This document shows positions 33,096-46,200 of a stretch of 64,000 nucleotides of DNA, one piece after another. Within the stretch, counting starts at the first letter, position 1; each line of letters starts with the position of its first letter. This stretch comes from Heteronotia binoei (taxonomy: Eukaryota): the NCBI RefSeq assembly GCF_032191835.1, contig NC_083233.1:49538001-49602000 (forward strand), in the 5' to 3' direction. The translations under genes were made by a program, and so were the position numbers. The notes beneath the pieces were generated by a model that was not told the DNA's origin, made no database searches, and saw only the letters and a list, made by a program, of their open reading frames with translations.

Positions 33096-33592
33096 TAGGG
33101 TTGCCAATCCCCAGGTGGGGGCAGGGGATCCCCCGGTTTTGAGACCCTCCCCCCGCTTCAGGGTTGTCAGAAAGCAGGGGGAGGGGAGGGAAATGTCTCT
33201 ATTATTCCCTATGGAGATTTATTCCCATAGAAAATCATGGAGAATTGATCCGCGGGTATCTGGGGCTCTGGGGGGGCTGTTTTTGGGGATAGAGGCACCA
33301 AATTTTCAGTATAGCATCTAGTGCCTCTTCCCAAAATACCCCCCAAGTTTCAAAAAGATTGGACCAGGGGGTCCAATTCTATGAGCCCCAAAAGAAGGTG
33401 CCCCTATCCTTCATTATTTCCTATGGAAGGAAGGAATTGAAAAGGTGTGCCGTCCCTTTAAATGTGATGGACAGAACTCCCTTGGAGTTCAATTATGTTT
33501 GTCACAGCCTTGATCTTGGCTCCACCACTAATGTCTCCTGGCTCCACCCCCAAAGTCCCCAGATATTTCTTGAATTGGACTTGGCAACCCTA
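33096..33592. mobile_element. Non-autonomous hAT-type element, TIR TAGGGTTGCCAA, perfect 8-bp TSD
   Basis: TAGGGTTGCCAA ... TTGGCAACCCTA; TSD CCCCTGAC on both sides. Confidence 0.9.
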
Positions 33593-35721
33593 CCCCTGAC
33601 AGATGTATCAGTATAGATCACTATCTCTAAATGTGCTGCTGCTGAATGCCTGTTCTGCCCACTTGTGATCTGATCCTGAATGAGGAAGCAGTCCTGATTA
33701 TCCTTGCTCTGCTCTGGTTTCTCTGTGAAGCATCAACCCAGACTTAGTAGTCAAGAACAGGGAATTGTCACAATCTTTCATGTCAGTCAGGGTACTAGTT
33801 TAAATGTTTGCAGGACAGATTAGGAATCCTGTTTGTTTACCATCTTCCCCAATGACTGAGTTCTATGTTGAGGTCTCCTTCTCATGCCAGCCATGGGGTG
33901 TACCAAACCATCTTGGTGCTCATGGGTCTTATGCCTAACTTGGGTCTTCTGCAGTGGGCAAATCACATGAATGCATGAAGCTTCCTTCTCACCACAGACC
34001 ATTTGCCACTAGCCCAATTAAATGGTTTTCCTTCAAATATATTATTGGGCAGATTTTTTAAATTCCCTTACATTAAAGGTTGTGTAATTGTGCCCTGAAA
34101 TCCCTTTATTCAATTCAACATATAATTTTAGACTGAATTACATACAGTTACTCACAATAAATTTTTGTTGCAATTATTGTATTCCAATTCCAATACTAAC
34201 AAAGATAGAATTATTCAGTATATTTTAAATGATGCTAATATTGAAATCACAGTTTTGGTTGCTAAGTGCCTGACTGAAGTGGTCAAAAACAGATACCATT
34301 TTTTAAAACGAACTGTATGTATTTTATTGTTAATTATCAAACATTAATTGGCTGTAACTGTTATCATATGCATTTTAATCCCACTATGCCATTAAAGGTG
34401 ACTGACTCTGCTATAGAGCCACAGCTCTTTTCTCTTTGATGTGGTGTCACACCATTGCCTGTTTAGACTTACCAGAACTCAGAATTTCTGAAAGGGTGAG
34501 GGACTGATTAAAATTTGTCTTAGATGCTGGTGGTTGTTAAAGAAGTCTGTTATTGACAGATTTGGTGCTCTTGCAGGAGCCCTGACTGAACTCTGGGAAC
34601 TGTAATTAACCATGGTGGGAAACGCACTGGCTCCCTAATACTGTCCCGCTATGATGATCCTGATTGACTTCTCATTTTACTAGGGAAATGGGGACAGATC
34701 TATCAAGATGGTTGTGAATGTATACTTGGAGTGGGCACAAACGGAAGACATTCATACCCCAACATTTTCCCCCTTTGGTAATTATTTTTCTGTCATTACT
34801 GCACAAATGCAAAGTCATCCACCAGATTTTTCCAAGTTGTAGGGGGCTTTCTCCTCAAGATGACTATGCAGATAAATTTCAAACCCGCCATGATTTGCCT
34901 GCAAGAATTTTGCAGATAACATTTGCCCGCACTCACTCTAATTCAGACTGTACTGTTTCTGTGGGACAATCACAGAATGCTATCAGAGTGCAGTTTGGTC
35001 ACAATTACTTGGGTGATTTTCAGTTGTTACGGCCAGAGAAAGTTAATAAGTTGCTTGGAAAGATTCACACTTCCACCTTTGCCCATCAAGGAGATGTCTA
35101 GCTTTGTCTGAAAGTACATTAATACTTTAAGAGAAGTTTTCCCAACCACAGTGTGAAACAAATCTTCACACCCTACAAAGAAACTGCCCTTGGACTCAAA
35201 TGATCTTAACAACTATTGGCTAGCTGCAAATATACACTTGTTAGGCAAGGTGCTCAATGGTGGGGTGGCTATATAGCACCAGATTTCATTTGATCAAACA
35301 GATACTTCAGAGATTCCAGACCCATGTAAATCCAATCTGGTTTTCAGACTGGAAACTGCCTGGATCACCATAACTATGCCATTCAGTAAACAGGGAAAAT
35401 CCAATGCTGTTAATCATCCTGAACTTCTCTAAAGCTTTTAGGACTATCTGCCATAATATACTTCTGGATGGGCTTCCTGGAAAGGGCACTGGGAAATTGC
35501 CCTTCTGTGGTTCCACTTGTATCTGGTAGAGCTGTACTAGAAAGTGATGCTGTATGTCAGATCCTCAGGTCCTTTGGCACTTATGCTATGGGATCTAGCA
35601 GGGTTCCTTCTTACCTGCCATGCTGTTTAACATTTACATAAAACTATTGGGAGAGGTCACCCAGATATTTTTAAGGAAGTGTCACCAGAATATGAAAGGT
35701 CCTCAAATTTTACTGTTAAAA

Positions 35722-36976
35722 AGTAGCAGCAAAAGAAGTCAAGGTGTTGAGTAAAGCTTTTATTATTACTTCCTGATCCTGAAACGATTAACCTGTGGCT
35801 TTATCAGGGGATCTGTTACAATCAAGAATAATACTCATACAATAAAAACCATTAATAAAACATGTATAATCAATACAAACCACTTAGAATAATGTGAATG
35901 GAAACCAATTATATCTTTAAAAAGAACCCATAATTTTAAAGATAAATTGGATCATAGTGACACCTCTCTAATCAAGGAACAGCAGCTTCTACCAGATACT
36001 CAATTACCTAAAGGACATTACAGGTGTGGCCATTGTTCCTGTTGTAGATTTACACATAATATGAACACTTTCATAAACCCAGTGGATGGCAAACAATACC
36101 AATTTAAGAACTTTACAACATGTAACTCTAAAAACATCCCTTATGCCATCTCATGCCCATGCAAAAAAAAATCTATATTGGAAAAACTGTAAGATGCCTG
36201 AAAACATGTATTATAGGAAAAAGAAGTAACATCTTGCTTAAGAAAACAAGACCCTTCTAGTTACACATTTATTGGGAAATAATCATACCTCAATGTTTTC
36301 TAATCTTTGATAACATCTGGGCTAAATTAAAAATTTGAATTTATTCACTTGATTTAAGATCCTTAAAGTCAAAGCCACAGCACCCTATAATTTAATGATA
36401 TCTTATAATTGACAAAGCCTATAATTTAATGACAAAGATATATCTTGGAACTAATTCAAGTTTAAGGTGTTCTACACTCTGCTATATAAAGAACTGATAC
36501 TTACTATATGTATACAATATTTTGAAAATGCTTTTGAACTATGACCCTTTAAGGGGTTAAATGAACACCTATTGCATCAGATTATATAACTCCTTGAGTT
36601 TGATTCTACCTTTATTGCTCAAGGTGAGACTGAAGGCTTATGCTAAAAATGGTAAGCAGAATAGCTGTTCAGATATACCTTATTTTTGCTGCTAATTTCC
36701 TAGGATTAAATTACTATGGAATATTTTAAAATAATACCTATTTTTCTAAAAGAACCTTCCATTTTGCAAGTTTCTATTATTTTTAACCTTAATTTTAAGA
36801 AGAATTATTCTAAATGAATTGTATTTATTATACATTTTAATTAACTTTTTTTTAATTGTACAAGTGTATTCTCCTTGATTGTAACATATCCTGATGAAGC
36901 CATGAGTGAGATGCATTGGGATCAGGAAGTAATAATAAAGGTTTTACTCAGCACCTTGATTTCTTTTGCTGCTACT
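35722..36976 (+). mobile_element. Penelope-like retroelement remnant (GIY-YIG endonuclease) with inverted terminal repeats
   Basis: ORF 35947-36192 GHYRCGHCSCC..F..PVDGKQY.FKNFTTCNSKNIPYAISCPC continues after a frameshift as KIYIGKTVRCLKT (GIY-YIG half-sites); 122-bp arms 35722-35843 and 36855-36976 are inverted copies. Confidence 0.85.
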
Positions 36977-39900
36977 CCTGTTGTGACCCTGACCTCTTCA
37001 CTACTGTAAAAACAATTACAAATTTACAGGGCCATCCTAAACAGAGCTACACCCTCCCACAGCCATTGAAATCAATGCGCTTAGAAGGGTGCAGCGCTTC
37101 TTCAGATTGCATTTGCAATCAAGTCTAATTGGTTTGGTATTTGCATAGATGCCAGGAAAAGCAGTATTTGGTCATAGTTATTCATGCTCTGGTCAAACCC
37201 AAATTAGGTTACTGCCATGTGCTTCAATTGGTTCAGTGAGGTTGGTGGTTGTAAAATGCCATTAGCAACACACCTTGCTCATTTTGAAAACTTGTGCTGG
37301 GAGAAAAAGGTGCCAATACATTTTCCTCAGCAGGAAAAAGCAGCTGTGGGGGGGTGGGACCTTTTAAGTTGCAGCCCCAGCAGCTGTTTTCTCTTACAGG
37401 AATTGTTGTGGGAAAGAACAGTTGTGCGTGACTTGCAATTCCACCCTCAATCACCATATTTTTGCCTCCAATAGCCACCAAAAAAGAGTGGTTACACTGA
37501 GTGAGCCACACATCAGACCATTAATATGTACAGGCACTTCAAACAGGATCCTTCCTTTGATTTTTTTTAATGGGTGTTTACCTTTCATGCAGCCACATTT
37601 TTTCCACAGTCTTGATCCAAATTCAAAGCAGTTTCTACCTTGTAAGTCTATTCCAGTCCAACACAATAAGAGATATTTTCATAATGCTCTCTACGGAAAA
37701 GGACTTGCTTATATATTCCATTTTGATTGTAATGACCTCAAATTATGGGAAAAGCAAGAACCTTTGGGGTGAAAATGGAATGACTGGAAGGAACATCTGA
37801 AAATGGGGTGGGGGAAACCAGAAATGAGGCAGTCCTTAAAATACATCCCAATGAGATCCTTAATATCCTAGCTCAGAGTCTTGACATATCTGAAGCACAA
37901 AACCTGGTAATAGCGTGCCACCAGATAGTGTGCAATGTGCCATATTCAGCACTGTAACCTACCAGGGCCCATGCATATATACATTAGAGCTATATCTCTT
38001 TTTCAGGTTCATGGTACTGCTTGTTTTTTTCCTCTTGCAGTGTGAACTCGATCATAATGAAGGAATGGTCAAGAAGAGGCTCAGAAGAGACTTATACAGA
38101 TAAATAGCAGGATTTTACAAATTATTTAAATTAAAGCAATAATAAACACATTGAAAATAAATTTTTATTTAGTAAACAGAAAGGAAATTTATTGAACCAC
38201 CATTTAGTGCTTCTTGATCCATACCACCAATAAAGCAAGAGACCAACATCTCCCAAAAGATAACAAGTAGGTGAATCATTGTTCTGTTAGCTTAAGATGC
38301 TTCTGCTTGTTGGTGGGTTCCACCCTGAATAGTTTGTGATCAGAGAGGCAAGTGGTGGCCTGCATCACCACAGCAAATCTACCTGTGCTGTTAAATTAGC
38401 ACAGACTCATTGCAATATTGCGTAACAGGATCCAGGACTAATACATCACTTAAAGCACCAAAATAACTCCTCTGAGAAATGCAACCTAATTTACCAGCAT
38501 TGCAAAGCAAGAATAAAAGATATCCCACCCAGGACTTCCAAATTTCCCCAACCCAGCCCTCAGTCCGTGGGAAAGAATAGGATGTCTGTTTGCTAGGGAA
38601 TTTACCCAGATTTTGGTCCATCCATGTTGGTTTAGTCCACCAGTTTCTGTGCAAGGCATCCTCAAAGCAACTGGGCAACAAATCCTCTGATTTCATCATT
38701 CCACATGGCACTCTGTGAATTCTAGCTCTAGTGGCAAATTACAGTTTTCGTTCTCAAAAAGCCTCTTACATAAGAAAACCCAATTAGGTGACTCTGTGCT
38801 TATTAATGTTTTCTCAGCTGCTAATTACAACACACAATAGCAACATTATAATTAAGGCTGGAATGCCACATTCATTTGAATCAGTTGGAGTTTTGGGTGG
38901 GACATACCAACCTGTGAGGTTAGTCTGCACTGGATAAGGCTCAGTGATCAAGTCCAACAATTGCTGATAGATATCAAGTTACTCTATTCTGGGGCTTGAT
39001 GGGCACCAATGGAAGAGACAAGGAATGCTTGTGCCTGTTGAGCCTCTTTAAGAAATTGCCATGTTTCAGCATTTATTATATTCATATTTATTTAAGTTAT
39101 TTATTGACTGTTTTTCTCACTGAAACTCAAGGAGGATTATACCATGCAAATCAATGAAATCAGGAGGATGTCTAATAAGCAACATAATAGGACTGAGACT
39201 GCAGAAATGTAAAACAGAGCTGTTGTCTGTACAAAAACTGAAAATAGGCAATAAAGATAAAATGAAAGTAGGTCAAAAAAGAATCCAGTGGATGGGCCTC
39301 TCTGTTTTATAGTGCTGCTGGCCACTGGTAAGAGTCCAATCACAAAAGAAAATCAGCACATGGGTCACCTTTATTTATATGGATTTACTATTTGTATGTT
39401 TAATTTTGCAAACAATAGAGTACAGATTTGCATATCTGTGACTTGCAGTTTCATTTATTAGCAGTCCCCAGCCCAATCATGTGAAGTGGTATGATTCCCC
39501 ACCCCCTGGTTATGGTGGGAAAAGGGAACACAAGTGATTCAGATCATGGTACAGCAGAGGAAGTTAAGGGGGAGTGATAAGCATAAATAGTATTACTGTA
39601 CCACTTCCAGCCTCTTTTTACTCCAAACTCCATCATCATAATCATTACATTATGCAAAAATGTGGCTGTTTTGCTATTGAGAGGCACAGCTTTCGCTCCT
39701 GGGATATACCGTAGATCCCCATTCTGAAACAGCAATGAATGTGCATCTCAAGATGAGTTCTGATAAAGCTGTTCCATTTTCCAGACCTGCAATTACACTG
39801 GAGTTGCATTAAGTCCCTCACTAGACTAGTGTTTTGACCAACTGACACAGTGACCATCTGTCATTTGCCCAAGATAATAGATGGGTTCTCTGATACATGT

Positions 39901-40645
39901 TGACATTGATAATGCTAAATGCTGCCTCTAATGCCAAGTCACAGGAAGAGGGCACTTGGCATGCCCAAATGTCTCAAGCCACTCCTGAGGGCTGCAAAGA
40001 TTCCCTTGAGGGAGAGTGGGAAGGAGTCACACAAAGTGGTTTGATGGCTTCGAACTTCATCCACTGGCTGTTTCATCCTCGTGAAAAGGAGCTTGTAGCT
40101 GCTTTTGCTTAACTCCCTTCCTGTAAGGAAATAGCTTTCCTCTGCCCAGACTATTCCCCTTCCCATGAAGAGGAGAAAGAACCTCTTCATCTTCAGACCC
40201 TTGGAAAATGAATGAAGTGCCTTCCAAATTACAATTGGAATTTTGTCTTTTCTGAATGACTATCAGAAAGAAAAGAGCTACTCCTAAGGTGATCTGTGGG
40301 TGTGTATAAAGCGCTGCCAAGTTTCAGCTGACTCACAGCAACCCATCATTTTTAAAGGCAAGAGGTGAGCAGAGGCAGCTTGCCATTGCCTCCCTCTGTG
40401 AGTGATCCAGGCTTCCTTCCAAGATCTTGCAAGATCAGGTACTCTGGGTCATCCAGGTCAGGACAATGTGATCTTTAGGGACTCTCAACAACGACAAGCA
40501 TTAATCAGCATCCCACAGGGATTACACATGCATATGACTGTGAGTTCCTCTCCACTCAGAGTGCCTACCACCCTCCACAACTGCTCTTTTAGGTTCAGTA
40601 GGTCAGGACATTACCACCAGTCTTTTCTTCTTTTAAAGTCTATAG

Positions 40646-40903
40646 CAGGGGTGGCCAAACTGCAGCTTGGGAGCCACATGTGGCTCTTTCACACATATTG
40701 TGTGGCTCTTGAAGCTGCCACTGCCCCATTGGCCAGCTTGGAGAAGGCATTAAAAGTTGCTTTCTTTCCACCTTTCTCTTCCTTCCCTCCCCCATCTATT
40801 TTCCTTCCTTCCCTCAAACATCTGATGTTCATGTCTTGCAGCTCTCAAACCTCTGACATTTATTCTATGTGGCTATTATGTTAAGCACGTTTGGCCACCC
40901 ATG
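40646..40903. mobile_element. hAT MITE, TIR CAGGGGTGGCCAAAC
   Basis: Ends GTTTGGCCACCCATG; TSD GTCTATAG / GGTTATAG; shares internal sequence with 5001-5374. Confidence 0.8.
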
Positions 40904-41989
40904 GGTTATAGATAGCCGTGACCATTTCTTTCCTCAGGTGCTCTCTCACTTACAGAAACAGCCACAGACAGGGCAACCCAGTCCCCTTTAATAACCTCCA
41001 TCACTCAAAACAGTTATTGGGTTTGGGGCTCAAATGCTGTTCCAGTCACATGGTCCCACCATTTATTCATATCCTAAAATATATGAAGACTGAGACCTTG
41101 ACTTGTGTATGTGTTTCTTTCCCTGTAACACAGGATTAAATAAACAAGGGGCGAACTTTTATTTATGGTTTGAATGTAACACTGAAGAAAGTAAGGTTAG
41201 GGTTACAACATCTGCTTTCCATTGAACTTTAAAACTGTTTCCCTATTCCAGCATTTGGAATTTTGTTACAAATTGACTTTTCTTTCTATTTAGCTTTAAG
41301 CCGCTCTTCACCTCAGCTTCACAGTCAGATATGCTCTTTCCCCTTTCTACCCCTAGTTGCCAACTCCCAACTGCTGTTTTCCAGCTGTCTCTCTCAACAC
41401 TCCATCAGCTCTCATTGGTCACTCTAACGGAGAGAGGGAACTTAACCTATCCGTCACAATGACACTCAACACAATCACTATTCTTTCTGGGACATGAAAA
41501 CTACGGTAAATAAGCACATCCATAAAACCTTCAACACTTAAGTGTTCTCATGTACTGAATTATTTGTCTCCCCAAAAGATTCCCATCTGGTTGTGTAAGT
41601 GAGGCATTTTGGAAGAATGCTAATTTCAACAGTGCGGTGGGGTTCTCTCCAGGACACTGTTTCAGTGGGCTGGGGCCAGCTTCTGTTGCTGAAAATGACA
41701 GGACTCTGGCCAGAAAAACAGCTATGCTAGATCAGGGGAACTGCATGGACAAAAACCATGCAAGACAGGGGGATGGCAGAAAGGTCAACAACTCAGCAAA
41801 AAACTGAGTTGGCTCCAAGTCAGTGCTTCACAACATCTAGTCTGCCTCGCAACAGAATCCCACTAAATGTTCAGAGCCTTGATGTTGCTCCTAGCCGACT
41901 GAGCAAACCAAAGTGGGCTGAATGAAGCCGCTGGGTTCTTTGCAGCATGACAGTTCCGACTGTTGCTCCACCCAGTACTACTGAGAACG

Positions 41990-43200
41990 TAAAATATGAC
42001 TCCGCGAAGCAGCATGGAAACTGCTGATGTTTGCGATCGCTATGCACCTGGCAAAGGAGGCGGCGCCAGCGATGAACCCAGAGGGGAGATTAATTCATCT
42101 GGTCCGGGAACAAAGCCTGGCCGGGGCGGGGGGACACTTGGTTGGCGAAACGGAACATTCCTGGCCGGGCCAGTCCTGAGTGGCCCAAAGCGAGAGAAAT
42201 GGCTCCGACGCCGAGCGGCGCCATCAGAGGCCGGAGGTCCCCTGGGAATCCCCCCCCTCCGAGCCGGACTCCTCCAGCAGGAGCAGCCAGCAGCGCCCCC
42301 GCCCCGTGCACGTGCCTGGCGCAGAGAGCCGCAGCAGCAGCCGCCGCCGCCGTGGAGATGCTGGGGGGCGGCCCCGCACCAGCCAGGCTGCCCGGACCGC
42401 CGCGCCCCGGAGGAGGCTGAGCCCGAGCAGGGCCGCCGCCGCCGCCATGGGCTCCCGACTGAGCAGGCACAGCAGCCCGGAGGGGGGGCCCGGGAGGCCG
42501 CCGGAGGGGCGTCCGGGCCGCTTCCCGCTGGCCTCCCTGCTCCGCGGCTCCCCCAAGCTGCCCGGCGCGCTGAGGACCGCCAAGGCGGCGCCCTACGAGA
42601 GGCGAGTGCAGTGGATCCGCGAGATCCAGGCGACCCTCACCGCGCGCCACCGCGACCAGGCGCTCCACGTCCTCCTCTTGCTCCGGAAGGTGAGCGCGGC
42701 GCGGCAAGCCAAGGGCGCGGCAGGGGCGGCGCCCACCCAGGCTTTGGAGCGGCGCGCCTGGAAGCCTCCGCTGGAAAGCCTCCCGGCAGCCGCAGAAGCC
42801 CGCCTGGCTGCCTGGGGAGCGAGAAGCACAGACTGCGGGGATGAGGCGCTCTCCCTTCCCCACAAGGGCCCAGGCGCCTCTGAGCGCTGCTACAGCGGCG
42901 GCGGCGGCTGCTGCTGTCTGGGAGAGCGGGGGGCGGAAGCAGGGCGTGGCGGGCTGGGCCGGGCCCTCTTCTTTGCACTCGCCCTCCGGCACCGGCAGGC
43001 CAGCGCGGTTAGCTTTGGTTAGGGCGCCAAGCTCTTACTGCCCAGTTGTGACAACATCACTTTGACTACTTCTGACAAGTTAGCCCCTTCACCAGCGTGT
43101 AAGTCTGTAGGTAGATTGGGGCGATCGGTGCTCTGCACACTATTGATCTGTTACGCTCGTTGTTTCACACAGAACTCTCCCTGCTCTGGCTGAGGCGGAC
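41990..43200. promoter_or_regulatory. CpG island / LRRC75B promoter and exon 1
   Basis: Abrupt GC- and CpG-rich stretch with GCC/CAG triplet runs surrounding the LRRC75B start codon. Boundaries estimated by eye. Confidence 0.9.
42447..42689 (+). CDS. LRRC75B: LRRC75B coding exon 1
   Basis: gccgccATGG Kozak; donor AAG|gtgagc; 81 codons. Confidence 0.93.
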
Positions 43201-46200
43201 ATGCGGCAGGACCCGGGAAAACATGGGCGGGGAGAGATGGAATAAGATCAAGGCATTAAGTGCAGGGCCAAACCGAAACCCAGGACAGTTATTCCAGCAC
43301 ACTGGAGCAAGTGCTCCTTCAACTCTAGTTGGAGCTAGTGATTCCTGGTTGGAGGTCCACACTGAAGAAGCCAACTGTTGTTGGTCTTTGCCTTTCTTTT
43401 TCAAGAAACCTAGCTAAGTATACATGCTAGGCAGCTCATTTTGCTGGCAGGTTGCATGGGAAAAAGGAATGGGAAATGTTGAGTCGCAATGCCCATCCCT
43501 TAAAGTGGCTTAGTGGCATGCCTCACTGCTGTAGTGGCCACTCTTGGTTGAAGGCTCATGACATCCCCCCCCCCCCTCCCCGCAGTGTTTTTGATTTTTG
43601 GTTGCTTTCTTCCCATAGGATCTTGGTCTAGAAGGGACATTCCTTAGTGAAGTCCTTTATAAGAAGGCTGCCTTTCTCAACCTTGTGGATCCCATCTCCC
43701 ACGACCTCCTGATGAGCCTAGCCAGAGACCTGCAGTGCCCCAAGAAGGTGAGGCTCATGGCTTACCGCTGGCGTGGGTGGGAGAGAAATGTGTCTGTACA
43801 TGGTTTGCTTACTTTGGGAGAAAACCTGGGCATCTCAAGCTGCCTGAGGTGTCCAGGTAGATTCAATTAGAGATGTGAAGGCATGTTCCCAGTAAATAGA
43901 AAAAAACTGGAAATATTGGGGGAGCACTGGAGGAACAAAATGCTTCTAAGGACAAGGGTTTACTTAAAATATGTACTATGGAGATTTAGATGCGAAGCAA
44001 TCCACACTATTAGAGAATAGCAATACCTATGTATATTGCAGACATACAACATTTGGAATAGGTTTATTGTTTAAATGAGACTTTTAAAATATGCTAAAAT
44101 GTATATGATAATACACATTTTAAAATTTAACTCAGAATCTAAACATGCAGCTACTCTTGTGACTATTTCTGTCCAAATCATACACAGTTACGACAGAATT
44201 TGTTTCAGCATTTATTTCCCCCCCCCCTTACTTCTCAAATCAATGTGCCAAGGAAGCATTGGGCACAGCTGTTTCCAGCTGGCACATATCGTTTCTCTGG
44301 TATAGTCATAATTTTGCTTGTAGATAACTAAAACATTTCTGCTTTTAATTTTGATACATATGCCAAATAGTGCTATTTTTTAATCTTTAGCACTAAATTC
44401 CATTGCTGGACATGGTGGTGTTAACTGCATGGTATCCTTCTCTTTTCCCCTGGCATGAAAGCCTCAAGCCAGTTGTGCAACTGCTTATCCCAGGGCAAGC
44501 CCAGCAGTATACAAGGTGTGTGTTATGACAGCACTGATAAGCAGACAACATCAGTTGAGGACAAGGCATGAGACAGTCTGCAGCTTCAGAATGAATGCAC
44601 ACACACGCATGCAAGATTGCATCACCTTAAAACCTAAGAGGTTTATTGTGCCAGAAATTAGAACCCATTTATTGCATGAAGTGTGTCCTCAGAAGGAGAT
44701 GTGGAGGAAGAAATGTGAACTGTGGAGTCAAAAGCTAATGAAATGTTAGTTTCTGTTTCTTGCATTTCTGTGCAAAGCTCAAATATGTATAAGATAAGCC
44801 CAATTGCCACTCACAACCAGTGCTTTTTTTAACACAGAGGAACATTGTTCTGGCTGGCTGGGTGTCAAGGGGTGTGGCCTAATATGCAAATAGATTCCTG
44901 CTGGGCTTTTCTACAAAAAAGCCCTGTGTGAAACAATGGTGATGTCAGGGAATTTGGCCTAGTATGCAAATTCCTGCTGGGCTTTTTCTACAAAAAAAGC
45001 CCTGCTTGCATTGATGAAAGCATTAATAAAATATTTTTATTAGACTTGCTAAACTAAGTCATGCTTTCATGAGATGAACTGAGAATCCCTGCAGCATCTT
45101 AATTAGATAATATGAAGCTTCCTGATAAATTCTACTTTTGGAGTTTTCACAGTGAAGTATGCCTTTGAAATTTTTTTGCTACAGAATGGTTGCAAGCAGG
45201 GCTTTTTTGGAGCCAGGAATGCAGTTTTGGCTGGCTTGGTGTCAGCAGGTGTGGCCTGATATGCAAATGAGTCCCTGCTGGGCTTTTTCTACAGAAAAGC
45301 CCTGTGCGAGACAATTGTGATGTCAGGGGGTGTGGCCTAATATGCAAATGAGTTCCTGCTGGGCTTTTCCTACAAAAAAGCCCTGGTTGCAAGATCAGCA
45401 ACAGTGTGTCCTGGGAGATTTTCCACTGGTTTCTGAGTAGTGTCATTTTGAACAATGGATATCTGTCCACATATTCCTTTTTGTAGGCAGCCCTCATTTT
45501 GGGCAGGAGCTCCAGAACGTCTAAATTTTATTGTGCTCTTTCTTACCTTTCTCCCCAAACACTTGCCTCTGGGCTCCATTGTTCAAACTCACTGTGGGAA
45601 TTTTGCTGAGCTCTAAGATTTGACAAACTTTCTAATATTTTTCTCCACAGAAAATAAGAAAATAACCAAAACATATAAAGCAGGCAGATGGAAATCTTCA
45701 TCATGCTACTGTGGCCACACAGGAAAAAGTAATTTTAAAAGTATGATGAGAATAAGGTTTTATTATGACAGTTATAATTCAAGAAGCATTTTAAGGTAGA
45801 TGCTGAGCTGATATAATTTAATATTCCTTCTGGTGATGGCAGGGGTGTGTGGCATATGCAAATGAGCCCTGGCACCTCTTTTTCTACAAAATGACCCGTT
45901 TGTAGGTACTGAAATTTTTGCCCTGTTAAGAGCAGCAGAGCATTGCTGACATGTGACATTAGATGAGCCCAGTTAGTGTAGCTGATGTTATTAGGACTGG
46001 TATTAGACATGGGGACAGAGTAGGTGTGTCTGGGTTAGTTGCAATGCAAGGTCTCATCCCTAAGCTTGTGTCTTTGTTAGTTGTTCCAGTGCTACTGCCT
46101 TAGATTAGGGAGTTGTTCATAAATGATGGGAGATGGAGAGGTATAATTGTCCAGGATGTACTGTGCTCACCATCACCTACACCTCCCAGTTTATCTGTAA

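Noticed and set aside
34651-34720. ATGATGA as C box of a C/D snoRNA
   Set aside because: No correctly placed terminal CTGA or terminal stem.
39544-39735. Short ORF LFQNGDLRYIPGAK that reads protein-like
   Set aside because: Could not link to any family or to flanking splice sites.
41996-43065. Several overlapping 280-300 aa ORFs on both strands
   Set aside because: Stop-poor GC-rich CpG island; only 42447-42689 matches a protein family and is bounded by a splice donor.
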